Numbered from the stretch's first letter, positions 24,243 through 33,211 are shown. The stretch: DNA of 35,088 nucleotides from Bryobacteraceae bacterium (GCA_030037375.1 JASHRP010000045.1:1-35088); one strand, 5' to 3'. The notes: a model not told the origin generated them from the sequence alone. Translations and numbers: made by a program.

Positions 24243-24764
24243 CTAACCCTCCTTCTTGCTATCGAGTCCCAATTCGCCCTTCAGCTTATTCAGCTTGTCG
24301 GTGTTTGACACCGCATCCAGAAGGAGCTCATCGAGTTTCTCGTTGGTTTGCAGATTGCCTCGTAGATCGGAAAGCTTCGTCCGCAGATCCAGCAGCTCCT
24401 TGAGCGGCTTCACCTGCTTGGCGACAGCATCCGGCTCAAAATCGTCCATGCTCTTGAAGTTCAGGTCGACTTTGATCTGCCCGGCGTTCGGATCTTCGCT
24501 CAGCTTGTTCTCGACGCTGAACGCCAGATGCGGCTTCATGCTGTCGAGCACGCTATCGAAATTGTCGGGCGTGATCTCGACGAACCGGCGATCCTTCAGC
24601 CGCGGCAGCGCCTCTTTGGGCTGCCCGGTCAAGTCTCCCAGAACGCCCATCACAAACGGAATCTCTTTCAATTCAATGGCGTTGCCGATCTCGACGTCAT
24701 AGCTGATCTGAACACGCGGTGGGCGCACACGTTCAAGCTTTTTTTGCGTACTTTCTCGTGCCAC
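24243..24764 (-). CDS. tssB: Contractile sheath small subunit TssB (VipA/ImpB)
   Basis: 173 aa, GTG start with a GAGGAGG RBS. RVQISYDVEIGNAIELKEIPFVMGVLGDLTG is the TssB signature. Confidence 0.92.
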   Translation of the reverse strand: MARESTQKKLERVRPPRVQISYDVEIGNAIELKEIPFVMGVLGDLTGQPKEALPRLKDRRFVEITPDNFDSVLDSMKPHLAFSVENKLSEDPNAGQIKVDLNFKSMDDFEPDAVAKQVKPLKELLDLRTKLSDLRGNLQTNEKLDELLLDAVSNTDKLNKLKGELGLDSKKEG

Positions 24765-24984
24765 GGGGGCCTCCTCGGTCTAGGTATCGGCTCGATGATA
24801 TCACAGGTCCTCTTCTACTTCTCTAAGTTTTTGGTCTTAGTATCCTCGACCCAGAGAACCTCATTCGGTTCACCACAGAACCATCAATTTCGCTGTCACT
24901 GTTATACGCGCAAAGCACCCGAGGATCGGATCAGGGTCGGGAAAAAAATCAGAAAATTCGAAAGCGCGGCCTGGATCGCCTGCT

Positions 24985-26208
24985 TCAGAGCCTCGCGCCG
25001 CGCAAGCGGGATACAAGATTGTGCCACGTATTGCGCATCGCTTCGAGAAAGCCCCCGCCCGTTGGAGCAGCTCGATGCTGATCGCCCGCGCCAGGCCCAT
25101 CCCCCGCGCTCTTCGAGCCGGTTTCCAGTCCGAAGGAGCGCAAAAATGCCGCGCGCAAGCCGACGTCAGTGATGTGACCCGAGAGCTCCTGGCAAAGCGG
25201 GTTGAGCGTGGCGTGTCTCTGCGTTGCCTCGGCGACAAGAGTCTTGGCGGTTGGTCCGATGGCGGTCGTCAGACGCTTCTCGACTCGCAAGAGGTCCGTT
25301 GCTTGGATCGCCGGGTCCGGCGGCTTGGGGGAGGCAAACGGCCGAGCGGTTCGAAAACCGGAGGCTGTCGAAGGATCGGTCGCATGCTCTCCAAACAGGG
25401 CTCCTCGCAACGCGGTTTGAAATGCTTCCGCGGATGGGTACCGTTTCTCGGGTGATTTCGCGAGTGACTTCATGATCACCGACGAGACATCGCGCGGCAA
25501 ATCCGGAATCAGGTCAATTGGCCGCATTGGAGTCGCTTCCAGGTGCGCCGTCAGAACCTCAAACGGAGTTTGCCCCGAAACCGGCAATCTACCCGTTACC
25601 ATCTCGTAAAACGTCACTCCCAGCGAATAAAGATCCGAGCGTTCATCGGATACACTCAAACGGATCTGTTCCGGGGACATGTAATGGAAGGACCCGATCG
25701 CGATGTTGGTCTGCGTGAGGCGTTCTTCGCCGAGCGCCCGCGCAATTCCGAAATCGGTCAGCTTGGTAATTCCGGTGGAAGTCACCATGATGTTCGCCGG
25801 CTTGATGTCGCGATGAATTACGCCGTTCTTGTGGGCATAGGCAAGCGCGCTCAAAACGTCGTCGATAATCGAGAACGAAGCGTCGAACTTTAGCGGGCCT
25901 TTCTTTAATTTGGCGCTAACGCTTTCGCCATCGATCAGCTCAAGAATCATCAGGATCCGCTCGCCGGCGCGCACTGCGGTGCGCAGCTCCACAATATTAG
26001 GATGCCGCAGCCCCGCTTGAACGCGGATTTCGCGGAGAAAGCGTTCGGCCGACTTGGGGTCGCCCGTGGCGTTCGGCAAAACCACTTTCATGGCTTCTTC
26101 CCGATGCGATAACACGTTGCGGACCCGGTAGACCGCGGCCATGCCTCCCTGGCCCAAGACACCTAGGATTTCATAGTCGCCAACCGTATCTCCGGCTTTA
26201 AAAAGCAC
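24985..26208 (-). CDS. Hanks-type Ser/Thr protein kinase, soluble (kinase domain plus ~135-aa C-terminal region of unknown function)
   Basis: 407 aa, GTG start with an AAGGA RBS. Gly-loop LGQGGMAAVY, beta3 AMKVV, catalytic loop HRDIKPANIMV, DFG, SPEQ. No TM segment seen. Confidence 0.9.
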   Translation of the reverse strand: MLFKAGDTVGDYEILGVLGQGGMAAVYRVRNVLSHREEAMKVVLPNATGDPKSAERFLREIRVQAGLRHPNIVELRTAVRAGERILMILELIDGESVSAKLKKGPLKFDASFSIIDDVLSALAYAHKNGVIHRDIKPANIMVTSTGITKLTDFGIARALGEERLTQTNIAIGSFHYMSPEQIRLSVSDERSDLYSLGVTFYEMVTGRLPVSGQTPFEVLTAHLEATPMRPIDLIPDLPRDVSSVIMKSLAKSPEKRYPSAEAFQTALRGALFGEHATDPSTASGFRTARPFASPKPPDPAIQATDLLRVEKRLTTAIGPTAKTLVAEATQRHATLNPLCQELSGHITDVGLRAAFLRSFGLETGSKSAGDGPGAGDQHRAAPTGGGFLEAMRNTWHNLVSRLRGARL

Positions 26209-26361
26209 TGTGTCCTTATCCTACACGAGCGCCGCCGGGCTCCGCTTCGGCGAGTATTTACGTGTATAAGATTTTAAAGACCTGCCAAACCGCGGGCAGC
26301 CAAGCTAGGATTGTAGGAAGGATCGGGCGCGCAATAGACGTGCCGGTCTCAGGAGGACGCC
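26209..26361. promoter_or_regulatory. Divergent intergenic region between the two Ser/Thr kinase genes (AT-rich core GAGTATTTACGTGTATAAGATTTTAAAGA)
   Basis: The genes diverge from this 153-bp gap, so promoters for both must lie here. I could not define a convincing -35/-10 pair. Confidence 0.45.
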
Positions 26362-28107
26362 ATGAATGTCGGCGAACGCATCGGCGATTATGAAATCGTC
26401 GCGGTGCTCGGGGCAGGCGGAATGGGCCAGGTGTACCAGGTCCGTAATGTCTTTTCCGAGCGAATTGAGGCCATGAAGGTCCTGCTGCCCAATATGAGCA
26501 GCGATCCGGACCTTGCGCAGCGCTTCTTGCGTGAAATTCAAGTGCAGGCCGCGCTGGATCATCCCAACATTGCACGATTGCACGCGGCGCAACGCGTGGG
26601 CAATCAGCTCGTAATGGTGATGGAGCTTGTCGAGGGCAGCTCTCTCGAAAAGCTCATCGAGCAGCGCGCCCTAACCGTAGGCGACAGCGTGAACTATGTC
26701 TCCCAGGTTCTCGACGCGCTGGCGTATGCTCACGGCCGCGGCGTGGTGCATCGCGACGTGAAACCCGCGAACATCATGGTCACTCCATCCGGAGTGGTCA
26801 AGCTGATGGATTTCGGCATTGCGCATATAAAGGCCGACCGGCGGCTTACCCAAACCGGCACCGCCGTGGGTTCGCTCTACTACATGTCGCCGGAGCAGAT
26901 TCAGGGCGGCGAGCCTGACCCTCGCTCCGACTTGTACGCCCTGGGCATCACCCTTTATGAAATGGTCACCGGCCGCAGGCCCTTCCAGGGCGATAGCGAC
27001 TTCTCCATCATGGCGGCGCATATGCAAAACGTTCCGGTGGCGCCGATCGAAATCGTGCCCAACGTTCCCACCGACTTGAGCGAGATCATTCTCATGGCAA
27101 TCGCGAGGGAGCCGGCGGCCCGATTCCAAAGCGCGGACGCATTTCACGCAGCCCTGCGGAACCTCGCCATGCCGGGGGCCGCACCCGCGGAAAGCGTCGC
27201 GAAAATGCCGCCCGTGCCCATTAGCTCTCCGCCACCCCTCCCGAGGACTGCTCCGTCAGCGCCGCTATACAGCGCGCCTCCCCCGGTGGCGTCCGCCGCC
27301 CCGCCGGTTCCCCCGCCAGTGCCGGCGGCGGTTTCCGCGCCAAAATCCGGAAGCCGTAGAGGCTTGTACATGGCCTTGGGTTCCGTCGCGACAATCGCCG
27401 TGCTGGCAGCGGCTTTGATCGAGGTCCCTAAGTTCCGTAATGCCCGCGCCGTTCAGAACGACGCTAGAACCGATGCTTCCGCGACGACCAATCCGCAACA
27501 AACTCCCGCGGCGGATCCGGTCCCTGCGGCGGCGACAGTAGATAGCCCGCCCGCGTCCGCGACTCCACCCGCCGCGGAAGCTGATACGCCCTCTCCGACG
27601 CCGGCGCGCGTAGCGCGTACCGACACCCAGCCTCCGGCGGCAAAGAGTAGTAACGTGGCCGTCAGTCCGCAAAAGCCCCCCGCGCAAGTCGCGGTCCAGC
27701 AGACTCCGCCCGTTCAGACGGTACAGCAACCTGTCGTTCAGCAGCCAATAGTTCAACAACCGGAGCCCGTCGTCCAACCTGCGCCGCCCACTTCTCCGCC
27801 GGTCCCGGTCGGAGGAAGCCAACGGGCTCGCGCCAATGCCGCCGAAATCCGGGATCTGCAACAACTCTACGATCTACTCGCGGTTCGCGCGGGAACGGCC
27901 AAGAGCGGTCTGGCGTCGCTAAAACAACAGATGGCGCGCCAAGGGCTTGGACTTCGCGGCGACATAGTGGCAGCCGAAGGCCGCATGGACCTGCAGATGA
28001 GACGAGCCGAGGACGCAATTCGGAACGGCGATGCTGACGAAGCCCGCAACAGCTTGCAACTCGCCGAGCGAGCCGTTGAGACCATCGAAAAATTTCTCGG
28101 GCGTTAG
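26362..28107 (+). CDS. Hanks-type Ser/Thr protein kinase, membrane-spanning (kinase, Pro-rich linker, one TM, Pro/Gln-rich and helical extracytoplasmic tail)
   Basis: 581 aa, RBS AGGAGGA. LGAGGMGQVY, AMKVL, HRDVKPANIMV, DFG, SPEQ. TM GLYMALGSVATIAVLAAALIEV. The N-terminal 70 aa are close paralogs of the neighbouring kinase. Confidence 0.9.
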   Translation: MNVGERIGDYEIVAVLGAGGMGQVYQVRNVFSERIEAMKVLLPNMSSDPDLAQRFLREIQVQAALDHPNIARLHAAQRVGNQLVMVMELVEGSSLEKLIEQRALTVGDSVNYVSQVLDALAYAHGRGVVHRDVKPANIMVTPSGVVKLMDFGIAHIKADRRLTQTGTAVGSLYYMSPEQIQGGEPDPRSDLYALGITLYEMVTGRRPFQGDSDFSIMAAHMQNVPVAPIEIVPNVPTDLSEIILMAIAREPAARFQSADAFHAALRNLAMPGAAPAESVAKMPPVPISSPPPLPRTAPSAPLYSAPPPVASAAPPVPPPVPAAVSAPKSGSRRGLYMALGSVATIAVLAAALIEVPKFRNARAVQNDARTDASATTNPQQTPAADPVPAAATVDSPPASATPPAAEADTPSPTPARVARTDTQPPAAKSSNVAVSPQKPPAQVAVQQTPPVQTVQQPVVQQPIVQQPEPVVQPAPPTSPPVPVGGSQRARANAAEIRDLQQLYDLLAVRAGTAKSGLASLKQQMARQGLGLRGDIVAAEGRMDLQMRRAEDAIRNGDADEARNSLQLAERAVETIEKFLGR

Positions 28108-28161
28108 CGCTGTAACGTAGTTTTTCGGACAGCGGCCGGCGAGTTCAGCGACAATACCTGC

Positions 28162-30024
28162 ATGTCGCTACTCGATATCCTATTCGGACGGCCGCTCGCT
28201 TCCCGCGAAGAGCGCGCCGAAAGAATCGGCTCGATCGCCGGAATTCCGATCTTCGGTCTTGACGCGCTCAGTTCCGCCGCTTACGGTCCGGAAGCGGCTT
28301 TGACTCTGCTGATCCCGCTGGGCGCGATGGGCGTGAGGTACATCGTGCCCATCACGCTCAGCATAATCGCGCTGCTGACGATTCTTTATTTCTCTTATCG
28401 CCAGACCATCGCCGCGTATCCGGGAGGCGGCGGCTCTTACACGGTCGCGCGAGAGAACATAGGGCCGGGAGCGGGACTCCTGGCCGCTGCCGCGCTGATG
28501 ATCGATTACGTCTTAACCGCGGCGGTTGGAATCTCGGCCGGCGTGGGCGCGCTGGTATCGGCGGTGCCCAGCCTTCAGCCGCACACTCTCGCCATCTGCC
28601 TCTGGATTCTCGCCATCATCGCGCTGGTGAATCTACGCGGATTGCGGGAATCCGGTGCCGTGTTCATCATTCCGACCTATTTATTCGTCGGTTGTCTGTT
28701 CGCGATGATTGCGATTGGCGGCATCCGGAGCGTGGCGGCGGGAGGGCACCCTACGCCGGTCGAGGCTATGCCAATCATGCCTCCCGCGACGGCAACGGTC
28801 AGCCTCTGGCTGCTGCTAAAAGTCTTTTCGAGCGGTTGCGCGGCGATGACCGGCGTGGAGGCTGTATCCAACGGCGTCAAGGCCTTCCGCGAACCCACCG
28901 CCCCAAACGCTCAGCGCACGCTAACCACGATCATCGTCATCCTGATGGTGCTGCTGGGGGGCATCGCTTGGCTGGCTTCGGCTTACGGTATCGGCGCCAC
29001 GAATCCCGAGAAGAATTATGAGAGCGTTCTATCCATGCTGCTGCGCGCGGTGGCAGGGAAGGGCATTTTTTATTACGTGTCGATCGCATCCATATTATCG
29101 GTGCTCTCTCTTTCCGCAAACACCGCCTTCGCGGACTTTCCCAGGCTCTGCCGCATCATCGCTCACGACGGGTATCTGCCGCGCTCCTTCGCGTCCACCG
29201 GCCGGCGGTTGGTTTACTCCCAGGGGATCTACGGGCTCGCGGTGCTCACCGGCGGCTTGTTAATTCTGTTCGGCGGCGTTACCGACCGGCTGATTCCGCT
29301 CTACGCCGTGGGCGCGTTTCTTGCCTTCACGCTTTCTCAGGCGGGCATGGTTCGGCACTGGAGGCGGCAGGGCGGCGCCTTCCACAACGTGCTGGTGAAC
29401 GGTCTGGGCGCGTGTGCGACCGGCGTCACCACCATCGTGGTTCTTACAGCAAAGTTCATAGACGGCGCCTGGGTAACGGTTCTTTTGATCCCCGTGATGC
29501 TAATCGCGATGGTGTGGGTCCGCCGCCATTATCAGCTTGTCTCCGAGGAGACATCCACTCTGGAGCCGGCCAACTTCGGCGAAATCCGGGAGCCGATTGC
29601 GATCACGCCGATCGCGAACTGGAGCCGCATCTCCGAAAACGCCCTGCGCTTCGCCTACACCGTATCTCACGATGTCCGTGCCGTTCATGTATCGGCTGGC
29701 GATCAAACCGAGGACGCCTTTTGCGCGGACTGGACCAAGTACGCCGAAATACCCGCGCGAAAGGCCGGCTTGCCGGCCCCGGAACTGGTGGTGCTGGAAT
29801 CGCCATACCGCTGGGTGCTGACGCCGATTCTGAATTACGTTCTCGACCTGCAAAAGCAAAACCCTGACAGGGAGATCGCGGTCATTCTGCCGGAGATGGT
29901 CGAACGCCACTGGTATCACTACTTCCTTCACAATCAGCGCGCGGAGATCTTGAAAACGTGGCTGCTGGTGAGGGGCAACCAACGCATCGTGGTCATCAAC
30001 GTTCCGTGGTATTTGAAGGCGTGA
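28162..30024 (+). CDS. APC-superfamily permease with a C-terminal cytoplasmic domain (KimA-like architecture; substrate not determinable)
   Basis: 620 aa. The N-terminus GRPLASREERAERIGSIAGIPIFGLDALSSAAYGPE resembles the KimA/YdaO-type APC family as I recall it. About 12 hydrophobic segments are followed by a ~170-aa soluble tail. Confidence 0.75.
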   Translation: MSLLDILFGRPLASREERAERIGSIAGIPIFGLDALSSAAYGPEAALTLLIPLGAMGVRYIVPITLSIIALLTILYFSYRQTIAAYPGGGGSYTVARENIGPGAGLLAAAALMIDYVLTAAVGISAGVGALVSAVPSLQPHTLAICLWILAIIALVNLRGLRESGAVFIIPTYLFVGCLFAMIAIGGIRSVAAGGHPTPVEAMPIMPPATATVSLWLLLKVFSSGCAAMTGVEAVSNGVKAFREPTAPNAQRTLTTIIVILMVLLGGIAWLASAYGIGATNPEKNYESVLSMLLRAVAGKGIFYYVSIASILSVLSLSANTAFADFPRLCRIIAHDGYLPRSFASTGRRLVYSQGIYGLAVLTGGLLILFGGVTDRLIPLYAVGAFLAFTLSQAGMVRHWRRQGGAFHNVLVNGLGACATGVTTIVVLTAKFIDGAWVTVLLIPVMLIAMVWVRRHYQLVSEETSTLEPANFGEIREPIAITPIANWSRISENALRFAYTVSHDVRAVHVSAGDQTEDAFCADWTKYAEIPARKAGLPAPELVVLESPYRWVLTPILNYVLDLQKQNPDREIAVILPEMVERHWYHYFLHNQRAEILKTWLLVRGNQRIVVINVPWYLKA

Positions 30025-30039
30025 AGGAAAGCCTGGGCG

Positions 30040-30077
30040 AAAAAAATGGGGCCGGACAGCTTGCGCCGCCCAGCCCC
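30040..30077 (-). terminator. Putative intrinsic terminator for the minus-strand phosphoesterase genes
   Basis: On the minus-strand RNA, GGGGCUGG (complement of 30070-30077) pairs with CCGGCCCC (complement of 30048-30055). This gives 8 bp including one G-U, with a 14-nt loop, followed by A then U7 (plus-strand A-run 30040-30046). It lies 30 nt after the stop at 30107. Confidence 0.45.
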
Positions 30078-30106
30078 GGTAAGAACTCGTTAGTCCCGCT
30101 CGAAAG

Positions 30107-31723
30107 CTAATCTGTTGCAGGCTCGCCGCTGTTCGGGTCGAGAATGAGCTTGGTCTTATTCGCCTTGGTGAATTCGAACATGTTCTCGATCGAATTGGCG
30201 ATGGCGTCGAAAGAGCCGCTGCCAATGCGTGTGCCGTTGAGCCAGTTGTCCTCCACAAAACGGATGATCGACGTCTGATCGGTCAGAGTATGGTCCACGA
30301 AGTTCTGCTTGGCCCACGGAGAAATGACCATCAACGGCAGGCGCGGGCCATATCCGCAACGCCCTTGGACGGGCATGCTTACGCCGGGTCCGGTCAGGGC
30401 GTTGGTTCCGGTTCCGCAAGACGCTGGCCCGTTCAGGGTGTCCGCGGGACTCGCTGATTGATTCACGATTGGAGCCATCTGGTGGTCGTACCAGCCGTCC
30501 GAATCGTCATAAGCAATCACGACGGCGGTGTTTTCCCAATTTCCGCTGGTTTGAAGGAAGTTGATCACGGTTACCACGAACGCTTGCTCATCCAGGGGGT
30601 CGGAATATCCCGCGTGCGCATCCTGATAGCCCGGCGCCTTCAGGAAGCTGACTGCGGGGAAATTGCCTGCGTTGATCGCATCGTAGAAGTCGTGCACATC
30701 GTACTGGTGATTGGCGGCGTCGGTGTAACCGATCGAGGCCACCGATGACGGCCGAGCGTGAGTCGGGTTCGCCGTCGACTTGTAATACTGGAAAGGCTCA
30801 TGATGCGGAATATAGTCGGCCTTCTTGGTGGCGGTCACCAATGAGGTAGTGCTGCGGCTGCAGCCCGTGGTTCCGTTAGCGTTGGTAACCGTAAGATCGA
30901 ACCCTTGAGTAAAGAATCCCCAGGTTACTCCCGCGGAGTTCAGCAAGTCGCCGATGGTCGTGCCGGTCATGCTGAACGCTTCGCCGGTCGTCGTCGAGCA
31001 GACATCGCCCACCGGGTCCGCGTCGCCGATGTCCGTCATGGTGCCGCCGCCGCCCGTCGTCACCGACGCCGTACCATTGACGTTTCCGACGACTCCGTTG
31101 GTCTGGCCTGAGATAAGATTCACGGCTCCAGTAGTTGACGGGCCAAAGGTGGTCCCGTAAGAGTTGTCATTCATAGCGAAGTGCTGCGCGTAGTTCCACA
31201 GCGCGGTGACGGTGTTGCCGTCATAGTAGCCCATGGTGAGACCGGTGGTGGTGTACGGCGCGAAATTCACGCCGCTGTTTGTCGGAGGAGGACCCGCGAC
31301 ACCCACTGAGGACGGAAACAGGTCCATCAACCCGCCGTGAAACGCGGATTGCTCCGGCCCATAATTATGATTCTGATCCGAGGTCGCGGCCTGAGAGCGA
31401 TCCAACCGGAACGGATTCACCGCGCCCGAACCATTAGTGGCGTTCATCAGATTCGGATTGTGGTTCATCAGTGCATCGGTCAGTCCATTGACGCTGGGAG
31501 TGTTGGGGAGCGCGGTGAATTGCGGCTCTCCCTCGGGATTGGTCGCCACCGGATAGGTGCCGAAATAATGATCGAAGGAAATGTTTTCATTGAAGATCAC
31601 CACCAAGTGCTGGATTGGCGTGATCGCTGTGGAAGTGGAGGACTGTGCGCGAACCGGAACAGGTCCGACGAACAGGCCAAACACTAGAAGTTGAACTGTC
31701 AACAACGAGACAAATGGTCGCAT
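30107..31723 (-). CDS. Secreted phosphoesterase-family protein (PF04185: acid phosphatase AcpA / non-haemolytic phospholipase C type), copy 1
   Basis: 538 aa. Signal peptide MRPFVSLLTVQLLVFGLFVGPVPVRAQS, then IQHLVVIFNENISFDHYFGTYP, the family signature. Confidence 0.82.
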   Translation of the reverse strand: MRPFVSLLTVQLLVFGLFVGPVPVRAQSSTSTAITPIQHLVVIFNENISFDHYFGTYPVATNPEGEPQFTALPNTPSVNGLTDALMNHNPNLMNATNGSGAVNPFRLDRSQAATSDQNHNYGPEQSAFHGGLMDLFPSSVGVAGPPPTNSGVNFAPYTTTGLTMGYYDGNTVTALWNYAQHFAMNDNSYGTTFGPSTTGAVNLISGQTNGVVGNVNGTASVTTGGGGTMTDIGDADPVGDVCSTTTGEAFSMTGTTIGDLLNSAGVTWGFFTQGFDLTVTNANGTTGCSRSTTSLVTATKKADYIPHHEPFQYYKSTANPTHARPSSVASIGYTDAANHQYDVHDFYDAINAGNFPAVSFLKAPGYQDAHAGYSDPLDEQAFVVTVINFLQTSGNWENTAVVIAYDDSDGWYDHQMAPIVNQSASPADTLNGPASCGTGTNALTGPGVSMPVQGRCGYGPRLPLMVISPWAKQNFVDHTLTDQTSIIRFVEDNWLNGTRIGSGSFDAIANSIENMFEFTKANKTKLILDPNSGEPATD

Positions 31724-31759
31724 GTATTTTCCCTTATCCGTTTCTCCGCAAAAAGTTGG

Positions 31760-33211
31760 TTACTTGCCCTGCTTAACGACTTCCCCGCTGGATGGGTTCA
31801 AGATCAGTGGCTTGGCGGGTGTCGCTGTGAAATCAAAATTATTCAGGATGGAACCCGCCATGGCATCGAAGGATTGATCGCCGATCTGGCCCAGGTTCCA
31901 GTTGTCCTCGATGAAGCGCAGAATCGAGGTGGTGTCGTTCACGGTGTGATCGACGAAATTCGGCTTGGCAAACGGCGAGATCACCAGGAACGGTTCCCGT
32001 GAGCCGTACCCGCAGCGGTCCAAATACGCGCCCGCCGTGGGCGTTCCGCACAAACCCGAACCATTCAAAGCGTCGTTAGCGGAATCGTTGGATTGATTCA
32101 CGATCGGCGGCATCACGTGGTCGTACCAGCCGTCGGAGTCATCGTAGGCGATCAGGATCGCCATGCTGCTCCACTCGGGCAGACCCATAAGGTCGTTGAT
32201 CGTGTTTACCAGCCATGTCTGCTCTGAAAGGGGGTCCGAATTCTGAGGATGGCCCGTGCTGTTGGCCGTCGCCTTCAAGAAGGTGACCGCCGGCATGTAT
32301 CCGTTGTAGGCTGCATTCCAAAAATCACCCACCGAATACTGATGATTGGCCTGATCGGTTTGGCCGATCATACTCACCGTCGTGGGCGGCAAATGATGCG
32401 GGTTCGCGGTGGAGGCGTAGTAGTTGAATGGGTCGTAGTGGGAGTTGTAGACGCTGGAGCAGCTCGCGACGCCGTTCTTCGCGCTGGTCGGAATCCAATC
32501 GCCATAAAACCATCCCCAAGTGACCCCCGCCGCATTGAGGAGGTCGCCAATGTTCTTGCCGGTCATCTGAACCAGGGTGCCCGTGGCGCAATCGTCGTCG
32601 CCGGCTTCCACGTTGGCGATGACGCTTCCGTTGGCGATTTTTCCAGAGATCGATGCCGTCGCGGTCTGGTGAGTCGATCCCGAGATCAGGTTCAGATGGC
32701 CCATGACCGTGGTCCCGAACTCAGTGTCGAAGAAGTTGTCGCTCATCGAATAGTGCTGCGCGTAGTTCCACAGCGCCGTCACCGTGTTGCCGTCGTAGTA
32801 GCCCATCGCGAGCGCGGGCGTGCAGCCCGTGGCGTTATTACTGGTGTCCTGCACGAACTTGTCGAGCAAGCCGCCGTCGTAGGCTTTCTGCTCATCGGTG
32901 TAGTGGTTGTCGTTGTCGCAAGTCACGTTCATCGTGCGATCCAGCCTGAATGGCGGGCTTGTGTTCGGATTGTGGGCGATCAAAGTCCCGGTCAATCCGT
33001 TCACTTCGGGCGTATTGGCCGCCGCCGTGAAGACGGGCTCGCCCTGGGGATTGGCGGCATGCGGATAGGTTCCGAAGTAATGATCGAACGACTGGTTTTC
33101 GTCGTAGATCACGACTAGATGCTGGATCGGTGTCGTGGTGTTTTGGCTCTGAGCGCTTGCGAAGCCCGTAAAGAACAGGCCCAGCAGCGCGGCGAATGGA
33201 CGCGGGTTCAT
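31760..33211 (-). CDS. Secreted phosphoesterase-family protein (PF04185), copy 2, tandem paralog
   Basis: ATG at 33209-33211 (MNPRPFAALLGLFFTGFASAQS signal peptide; AGGGAGA RBS). IQHLVVIYDENQSFDHYFGTYP. Colinear with copy 1 and separated from it by 36 bp. Confidence 0.82.
   Translation of the reverse strand: MNPRPFAALLGLFFTGFASAQSQNTTTPIQHLVVIYDENQSFDHYFGTYPHAANPQGEPVFTAAANTPEVNGLTGTLIAHNPNTSPPFRLDRTMNVTCDNDNHYTDEQKAYDGGLLDKFVQDTSNNATGCTPALAMGYYDGNTVTALWNYAQHYSMSDNFFDTEFGTTVMGHLNLISGSTHQTATASISGKIANGSVIANVEAGDDDCATGTLVQMTGKNIGDLLNAAGVTWGWFYGDWIPTSAKNGVASCSSVYNSHYDPFNYYASTANPHHLPPTTVSMIGQTDQANHQYSVGDFWNAAYNGYMPAVTFLKATANSTGHPQNSDPLSEQTWLVNTINDLMGLPEWSSMAILIAYDDSDGWYDHVMPPIVNQSNDSANDALNGSGLCGTPTAGAYLDRCGYGSREPFLVISPFAKPNFVDHTVNDTTSILRFIEDNWNLGQIGDQSFDAMAGSILNNFDFTATPAKPLILNPSSGEVVKQGK

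Noticed and set aside
24758-24763. A TGGCACG sigma54 -24-like element on the minus strand at the tssB start.
   Set aside because: It is simply the coding sequence GTG GCA CGA (Met-Ala-Arg) of tssB, and there is no -12 TTGC at the right spacing. I found no GGCAC-type element in the 220-bp tssB upstream gap.
24964-25003. A hairpin (GCGCGGC / GCCGCGC, 7 bp) spanning the soluble kinase stop codon, followed on the minus strand by T-rich sequence. Considered as a terminator between the kinase gene and tssB.
   Set aside because: The loop is 26 nt. The T-run (plus-strand A-run 24942-24948) begins 15 nt after the stem rather than adjacent to it, so this is not a canonical intrinsic terminator. Co-transcription with tssB remains open.
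28108-28161. A ydaO/kimA-type c-di-AMP riboswitch or terminator upstream of the KimA-like permease. A small hairpin is present: CGCTGT-N15-ACAGCG at 28108-28134.
   Set aside because: The gap is only 54 nt, far too short for that riboswitch class. The hairpin is weak (6 bp, 15-nt loop) and has no U-tract.
30107-33211. The phosphoesterase/PLC-like proteins as possible T6SS phospholipase effectors.
   Set aside because: Both carry classical Sec signal peptides. They are separated from the T6SS genes by two kinases and a permease. They have no adjacent immunity-like gene or VgrG/PAAR/adaptor partner.
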